The notes under the pieces were generated by a model. The model searched no databases and was not told the DNA's origin. It worked only from the letters and a program-made list of their open reading frames with translations. Position numbers and translations under genes: made by a program. Of a DNA stretch of 64,000 nt, positions 58,674 through 64,000 are shown in pieces. The number at the start of each line of letters is the position of its first letter. Position 1 is the first letter of the stretch. The stretch is taken from the NCBI GenBank assembly GCA_963812015.1, contig CAWETI010000003.1, positions 2,112,001-2,176,000 on the forward strand, written 5' to 3'. The stretch is from an uncultured delta proteobacterium (GTDB taxonomy: Bacteria > Desulfobacterota > Desulfobaccia > Desulfobaccales > 0-14-0-80-60-11).

Positions 58674-59612
58674 ATGCGCATCGCCTTGATCGGCCAGGCA
58701 ACCTTTGGTGCAGACGTCCTGAAAGGGTTAATTAAACAAGGACGGCAGGTCGTGGCCGTCTTTTGCCCCCCGGACCGGGGCAGCAAGACCGACCCCCTCA
58801 AAGACGCGGGCCTGGAGGCCGGGATTCCCGTCCATCAGCCGCCCCGGATGAAGGACCCCCAGGCCTATGACCAGATGGTGGCCCTCAACCCCGACCTGGC
58901 GGTCCTGGCCTTCGTCACCGACATTGTCCCCGGCAAAGTCCTGGCCGTCCCCAAGCTGGGGTCCATTTGCTACCATCCCTCCATCCTCCCCAAATACCGG
59001 GGCGCCTCGGCCATCAACTGGGCGGTGATCAACGGCGAGAGGGAGTCCGGGCTCACCATTTTTTGGGTGGATGAAGGCATCGACACCGGGGACATCCTCC
59101 TCCAGAAAAAGGTGGAGATCGGCCCCAACGAAACCACCGGGGAGGTCTACTTCAACAAGCTCTATCCCCTGGGGGTGGAGGCCTGCTTGGAGGCGGTGGA
59201 TCTCATCATTCAGGGGAAAGCCCCTCGGATTGCCCAGGATCACTCCCAGGGCACCTACGATCCCCCTTGTGACGAGAAGGTGGCCGCCCTCAACTGGAAC
59301 CAGCCGGGCCGCCAGGTCTTCGACTTCATCCGGGGCTGCGATCCCCAGCCCGGCGCCACCACCACCTTCAAGGGCGAGCAGGTCAAGCTCTACAACGCCT
59401 CCTTTCTCATGGACGACCGCGCCGCCCCCCCCGGGGAGATCCTGGAAGTCGCGGACAAGGGGCTTAAGGTGGCGGTCTCTGGTGGGGCGCTCTTCATCAC
59501 CCGCTTCCGCACCAAGGATTTGGGCAAAGTCAAGGCCCCGGAGTTCATTCAGACCAAAAAACCCCGGCCCGGCGATCGGTTCGGGGCCCCCGCGGTCATG
59601 CGGTGCTGTTGA
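58674..59612 (+). CDS. Formyltransferase-family protein (10-formyl-THF hydrolase/Fmt-like)
   Basis: YHPSILPKYRGASAINW, DEGIDTG; AAGGAGG RBS. Confidence 0.85.
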   Translation: MRIALIGQATFGADVLKGLIKQGRQVVAVFCPPDRGSKTDPLKDAGLEAGIPVHQPPRMKDPQAYDQMVALNPDLAVLAFVTDIVPGKVLAVPKLGSICYHPSILPKYRGASAINWAVINGERESGLTIFWVDEGIDTGDILLQKKVEIGPNETTGEVYFNKLYPLGVEACLEAVDLIIQGKAPRIAQDHSQGTYDPPCDEKVAALNWNQPGRQVFDFIRGCDPQPGATTTFKGEQVKLYNASFLMDDRAAPPGEILEVADKGLKVAVSGGALFITRFRTKDLGKVKAPEFIQTKKPRPGDRFGAPAVMRCC

Positions 59613-59712
59613 GGCCTACCCACTAACCTCGGGGCGTCAACAAGTTGCGGCTGGCCCGGTCTCGAACCGGATGCTCCGCTAACCCCGCATTAATTTCCAT
59701 CCGGAGGATTGC

Positions 59713-60234
59713 ATGGATTACCTGAAAGGCATGACCCAGGCTATGCAGCAAGCCTCGGCCGACAACCGCGCCGATACCTACGCTTACGTGGCCACCGAGT
59801 TGGTCAAGAGCAAGGATACCATCCGGCAGGCCATTGAGCGGGCCACCGCCGACGCCGTCGCCGCCATCATCCCCAAGCTGGAGCACAACCAACCCCTGAC
59901 TTCGGCCGAAAAACAGACCGTCAAATTGTGGGTGGTGGGGGACGCCGAAGGCTATGTCAAGATGGAAAACAACTTCCAGGACTGGCTCAAGGAGTACCAA
60001 CGGCTCAAGGACGTCATTGCCGACTGGGAAAACAAGGTCGCCTCGGTGGAGGAACTGGTGGAAGTCCATGGCGTACTGGAAGACGCCATCAAAGTGGCCG
60101 ATGCCATGGCCCATTATCTCGACGACCAGGAGCGGGTGGCCCGGTTTGAAAACGCCATCAATAACCTCAATGCCGAAGACAACCGGTTTATTGCCAACCT
60201 CCTCAAAAGCATGTTGGCCTCGCCGGAGCTGTAA
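59713..60234 (+). CDS. Hypothetical helical protein
   Basis: GGAGG RBS, host-like codon usage. Confidence 0.75.
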   Translation: MDYLKGMTQAMQQASADNRADTYAYVATELVKSKDTIRQAIERATADAVAAIIPKLEHNQPLTSAEKQTVKLWVVGDAEGYVKMENNFQDWLKEYQRLKDVIADWENKVASVEELVEVHGVLEDAIKVADAMAHYLDDQERVARFENAINNLNAEDNRFIANLLKSMLASPEL

Positions 60235-60268
60235 CCGGCCCCTCAGACCTGGATAGAGGTGAACCCAG

Positions 60269-60742
60269 ATGAACCGGCGCCGGGGCCTGGCCCAGTCCTC
60301 CATCACCCTGAAAGCCCGCTACCTGGCCATCAACTTCATCGGCCTGGCCATGATTGCCTCGGTCTTCGTCTATGCCGGGGTGGTGGAGCTGATCAAGTGG
60401 CAATGGGCCCCCTTTGCCGGCTTTGCCCAACTCGATCCCCCCACGATGGCGCTCCTGAAGTATATCTTCCTGGCCGTGGCCGCGGCCCAGTACTGGGCCA
60501 TCAAGGTCGTCCAGAAAATCCTATCGGCCCGGTCGGTGGACAACCTGCCCCAAACGGCCATTATCAGCTTCGCCTTGTGCGAGGCGGTGGCGCTCCTGGG
60601 CCTGGTCCTCTTTTTGCTGGCCGGCAATTCCCTGGATTTCTATATTTTCATGGTGATTTCCCTGGGGTTTTTCTACCTCTTTTTCCCCAAATACGAGCAG
60701 TGGGAACAGCGGGTGAGTGCCGGGAGGATCAACAAAAAATAA
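60269..60742 (+). CDS. Membrane protein (about 4 TM)
   Basis: Hydrophobic segments, ALCEAVALLG. Confidence 0.75.
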   Translation: MNRRRGLAQSSITLKARYLAINFIGLAMIASVFVYAGVVELIKWQWAPFAGFAQLDPPTMALLKYIFLAVAAAQYWAIKVVQKILSARSVDNLPQTAIISFALCEAVALLGLVLFLLAGNSLDFYIFMVISLGFFYLFFPKYEQWEQRVSAGRINKK

Positions 60743-60958
60743 TCGTCCTCAAAAAAGGGCACCAGATGGATTATCTTCCTTCCCCCCTCACCTGCCCCTC
60801 TCCGCGGTTCAAACAATCGCAATGGGGGAGAGGAAAAAGGTGTGACCTGATTAATGGTCCCATGCAATTTCCCGATTAATGAATTATCCATTTGGAGGCG
60901 CCAAACCGCGTCACCGCCTCGGTTGGGTACGCACCTGACTTTATAAAAAAATGAAAAC

Positions 60959-61807
60959 ATGAAAAAAATCGGCATCTACTACCACCCCTCCTTCAGCCGC
61001 AAGAGCTACATGACCGTGGGCAACCGCCTCCGGGACTTTCCCGAGGCCTTGGAGCCGGTCCTGGCCAAACCCAACGTGCGTCTTATCCAGTCCCCCCGGG
61101 TGTCCGAGGACCTGGTCCTCAAGGTCCACGCCCCGGAGATGCTGAGCATGGTGGCCCAGGACGGCTTCTGCTCCACCGCCTACGAGTCCGTGGGCGGGGT
61201 GGTGGCCGGCATGGCGGACCTGGCCCAAGGCGAAACTGACCGGGCCTTCTGCTTCATCGGCGCCGGCGGCCACCACGCCGGCTACCGCCAGTTCTGGGGC
61301 GCCTGCTGCTTCAACGACGTGGTCATTGCCTTAACCCATACCCGGGAAATCAGTCCCTGGCGGCGCTTTGCCATCGTGGACACCGACGCCCACCACGGCG
61401 ACGGCACCCGCCAACTGGTGCGGGACGATCCCGAGGTGTTTCACCTGTGCTTCTGCGGCCTGAACTTCACCAGCGACGACGGCGCCAAGGTGGATGTTGA
61501 CGTCCACCGGGTCAACCGGCAAGATGACCCCGATGTCCACTATCTGGAGCAGGTGCGCCGGAACCTGCCCCTGATCCCGGCCTTCAAGCCGGACCTGCTC
61601 ATCTGGTATTACGGCTTCGACACCCACCGGGATGACTACGGCTCCCTGGGCCTCACCGAGTCGGCCTATTTCGCCATCTGCGACCTGATGGTCGCCGCCG
61701 CCGCCGACATGGGGGTCCCCCTCATGGTGGTCCTGGCCGGCGGCTCCATGTCCCACCTGGCCACCAACACCATCCCGGAAATCATCCTACGCCTGGCGGA
61801 GGCCTGA
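60959..61807 (+). CDS. Histone-deacetylase-family protein
   Basis: GGHHA, DTDAHHGDGT, GFDTH…D. Confidence 0.9.
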   Translation: MKKIGIYYHPSFSRKSYMTVGNRLRDFPEALEPVLAKPNVRLIQSPRVSEDLVLKVHAPEMLSMVAQDGFCSTAYESVGGVVAGMADLAQGETDRAFCFIGAGGHHAGYRQFWGACCFNDVVIALTHTREISPWRRFAIVDTDAHHGDGTRQLVRDDPEVFHLCFCGLNFTSDDGAKVDVDVHRVNRQDDPDVHYLEQVRRNLPLIPAFKPDLLIWYYGFDTHRDDYGSLGLTESAYFAICDLMVAAAADMGVPLMVVLAGGSMSHLATNTIPEIILRLAEA

Positions 61808-62725
61808 GTGAAATCAGTATTCGACCTCAACCCAAAGTTCTATGAAACCCTTTTGGACAACCTCTATGACGGGATCTATTTCGTGAACCGGGAGAGGCAG
61901 ATCACTTTTTGGAATAAGGCCGCGGAGCGCATCACCGGGTTCACCCAATCGGAAGTCCTGGGCAAGCGTTGCGCCGACAACCTCTTGCGCCACGTGGACG
62001 ATGGCGGCAATGCCCTGTGCGAGGGGGCCTGCCCCCTGTCCTATACCTTGCGTGATGGCCTGCGCCGGTCGGCCTCGGTCTTCCTCCACCACAAAAACGG
62101 CTACCGGTTGCCGGTTGCCATCGGCGTGACCCCCATTACCGATCATCGACAGAAAATTATTGGCGCGGTGGAGATTTTCCGTGACAACTCAGCCACCATC
62201 GCCGCTTTGGATAAACTCAAAGAACTGGAAGACCTGGCCTACCTGGATGGGCTGACCAAGATCGCCAACCGCACCTATCTGGAAACCTTTACCGTCGCCA
62301 AATTCAATGAATTGCGGCGCCTGGGCTGGTCTTTCGGGGTGGTTTTCGCGGACGTGGACCAATTTAAGCAGGTGAACGACACCTTTGGCCACCAGGCGGG
62401 GGACCTTTGCCTACAAATGGTGGCCCAGACCCTTTTAAAAAATTGTCGCTCCTTCGACCTGGTAGGCCGGTGGGGTGGCGAAGAATTTCTTTGCGTTATC
62501 AGTAAGCTGGAAGATACGCACCAGATCATGAGCATAGCGGAGCGGATGCGCGTCCTGGTGGAAAGTTCCTGGGTTTCTCTGCCGGACTGCTCCTTCCACG
62601 TGACCATCTCTCTGGGAGTAACCCTGGCCAAGATCCAGGACAGCCCGGAAACTTTGATCCAGCGGGCTGATGACCTTATGTACCGCAGCAAAACCGGCGG
62701 GCGCAACCGGACTACCTTTGAATAG
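61808..62725 (+). CDS. PAS-GGDEF diguanylate cyclase
   Basis: DGLTKIANR, FKQVNDTFGH, GGEEF. Confidence 0.92.
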   Translation: MKSVFDLNPKFYETLLDNLYDGIYFVNRERQITFWNKAAERITGFTQSEVLGKRCADNLLRHVDDGGNALCEGACPLSYTLRDGLRRSASVFLHHKNGYRLPVAIGVTPITDHRQKIIGAVEIFRDNSATIAALDKLKELEDLAYLDGLTKIANRTYLETFTVAKFNELRRLGWSFGVVFADVDQFKQVNDTFGHQAGDLCLQMVAQTLLKNCRSFDLVGRWGGEEFLCVISKLEDTHQIMSIAERMRVLVESSWVSLPDCSFHVTISLGVTLAKIQDSPETLIQRADDLMYRSKTGGRNRTTFE

Positions 62726-63008
62726 GCCCTGGTTCGGCTATTTGACCGCCTTTAAGCCCTAGTTACCTTTGCAGATCAACAACCAGGTGGCAGGAGCGAT
62801 TGCACGCCATACGCAGTCCCCCTGAGTAACTGTAAGCCCACCGCGGCCATCCCCGACCCCATCCGCCGCCTGCCGGAGGAATTGAGGCGGCCTCCCCTTG
62901 CCGTGACCCAGGTTTTCAGCTATAATATCTTTAAATATTAGGATAATTTACCCTCAACCCGAGAACCGCAGGCCGGGGCCGCTCCTCCCGGCGGACTGAT
63001 ATAATCTT

Positions 63009-64000
63009 ATGATCACAGACCGCTTAGAATCTCTGGAAAACCGTTATCAGGAACTGGAAGACTCCCTCACCGACCCCGAGGTCATCAAGAACCAGGACCT
63101 GTACCATAAGTACCGCAAGGAACACGCCGACCTGGCGCCGGTGATCCAGGTCTTCCGGCGCTATCAGCAGGTTGAGAAAGAGCTGGCGGAAAACCAGACC
63201 CTGGTGAAGGAAGAGACGGACGAGGAGCTCAAGGCCTATGCCCGGGAGGAAATCCAGGTCCTCAAGGACCAGGCTGACCGGTTAGAGGAAGAACTCCGCC
63301 TTCTCCTTCTCCCCAAGGACCCCTTAGACGATAAGAACGTCATCCTGGAGATCCGGGCCGGCACCGGGGGCGAGGAAGCCGGCCTCTTCGCCGCCGACCT
63401 CTTCCGGATGTACACCCGCCTGGTGGAGCGCAAAGGCTGGAAGCTGGAAATCCTCAGCCATTCCGCCACCGGCATCGGCGGGCTCAAGGAAATCATCGCC
63501 TCCATCTCCGGCGACAAGGTGTACAGCCAGCTCAAATATGAAAGCGGGGTGCACCGGGTCCAAAGGGTGCCCGCCACGGAATCCCAGGGACGCATCCACA
63601 CCTCCGCGGTGACCGTGGCCGTTTTGCCCGAGGCCGAAGAGGTTGATGTCCAGATCAACCCCGAGGAGCTGCGCATCGACGTCTTCCGCTCCTCCGGCCC
63701 CGGGGGGCAAAGCGTCAACACCACGGATTCCGCGGTACGGATAACCCATCTGCCCACCGGCCTGGTGGTCTCCTGCCAGGATGAAAAATCCCAGCACAAA
63801 AACAAGGCCAAGGGCCTTAAGGTGCTCCGGTCCCGGCTGTTCGACCTAAAACAGCAGGAACAGCAGCAGCAGATCGCCCAGGAGCGCAAGAGCCAGGTGG
63901 GCACCGGCGACCGGAGCGAACGCATCCGCACTTACAATTACCCCCAGGGCCGGGTCACCGATCACCGCATCGGCCTGACCCTCTACCGGCTGGAGGCCAT
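63009..64000 (+). CDS. prfA: Peptide chain release factor 1 (runs off the window end)
   Basis: [10 protein letters not shown]…, GTGGEEA, VPAT (PxT), [12 protein letters not shown]. Confidence 0.95.
   Translation, partial: MITDRLESLENRYQELEDSLTDPEVIKNQDLYHKYRKEHADLAPVIQVFRRYQQVEKELAENQTLVKEETDEELKAYAREEIQVLKDQADRLEEELRLLLLPKDPLDDKNVILEIRAGTGGEEAGLFAADLFRMYTRLVERKGWKLEILSHSATGIGGLKEIIASISGDKVYSQLKYESGVHRVQRVPATESQGRIHTSAVTVAVLPEAEEVDVQINPEELRIDVFRSSGPGGQSVNTTDSAVRITHLPTGLVVSCQDEKSQHKNKAKGLKVLRSRLFDLKQQEQQQQIAQERKSQVGTGDRSERIRTYNYPQGRVTDHRIGLTLYRLEA

Overview
GC-rich bacterial chromosome segment. Gene content suggests an anaerobic deltaproteobacterium (Desulfobacterota-like; inferred only). Housekeeping flanks are nth and thrS-infC-rpmI-rplT-pheS on the left, and parA, CBS proteins, gltX, a formyltransferase-family gene, an HDAC-family gene, a diguanylate cyclase and prfA on the right. 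A ~31.9 kb integrative element (12748-44612) is inserted in tRNA-Arg(TCT) and bounded by a perfect 48-bp direct repeat. Its backbone is phage-satellite/IME-like: tyrosine integrase, XRE regulators, excisionase-like HTH, DUF3987-type primase-helicase with 9-bp iterons and a C4/CI-like structured RNA, with no capsid or conjugation genes. It carries two cargo modules. The first is a metal/tetrapyrrole module: ExbB-ExbD-TonB, TonB-dependent receptor, FecCD-type importer, ABC-2 exporter, CobN-like chelatase, ChlI/D-like ATPase and an unannotated 53-aa His/Cys-rich peptide. The second is a type I R-M system. The metal module carries three copies of an apparently unnamed RNA element, an AYGAA-loop hairpin overlapping the 5' arm of an intrinsic terminator, which suggests protein-dependent antitermination. 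Just beyond attR lies an AT-rich islet whose genes are separated by ~44-bp direct repeats. Product calls come from motif recognition by eye; no database searches were run.
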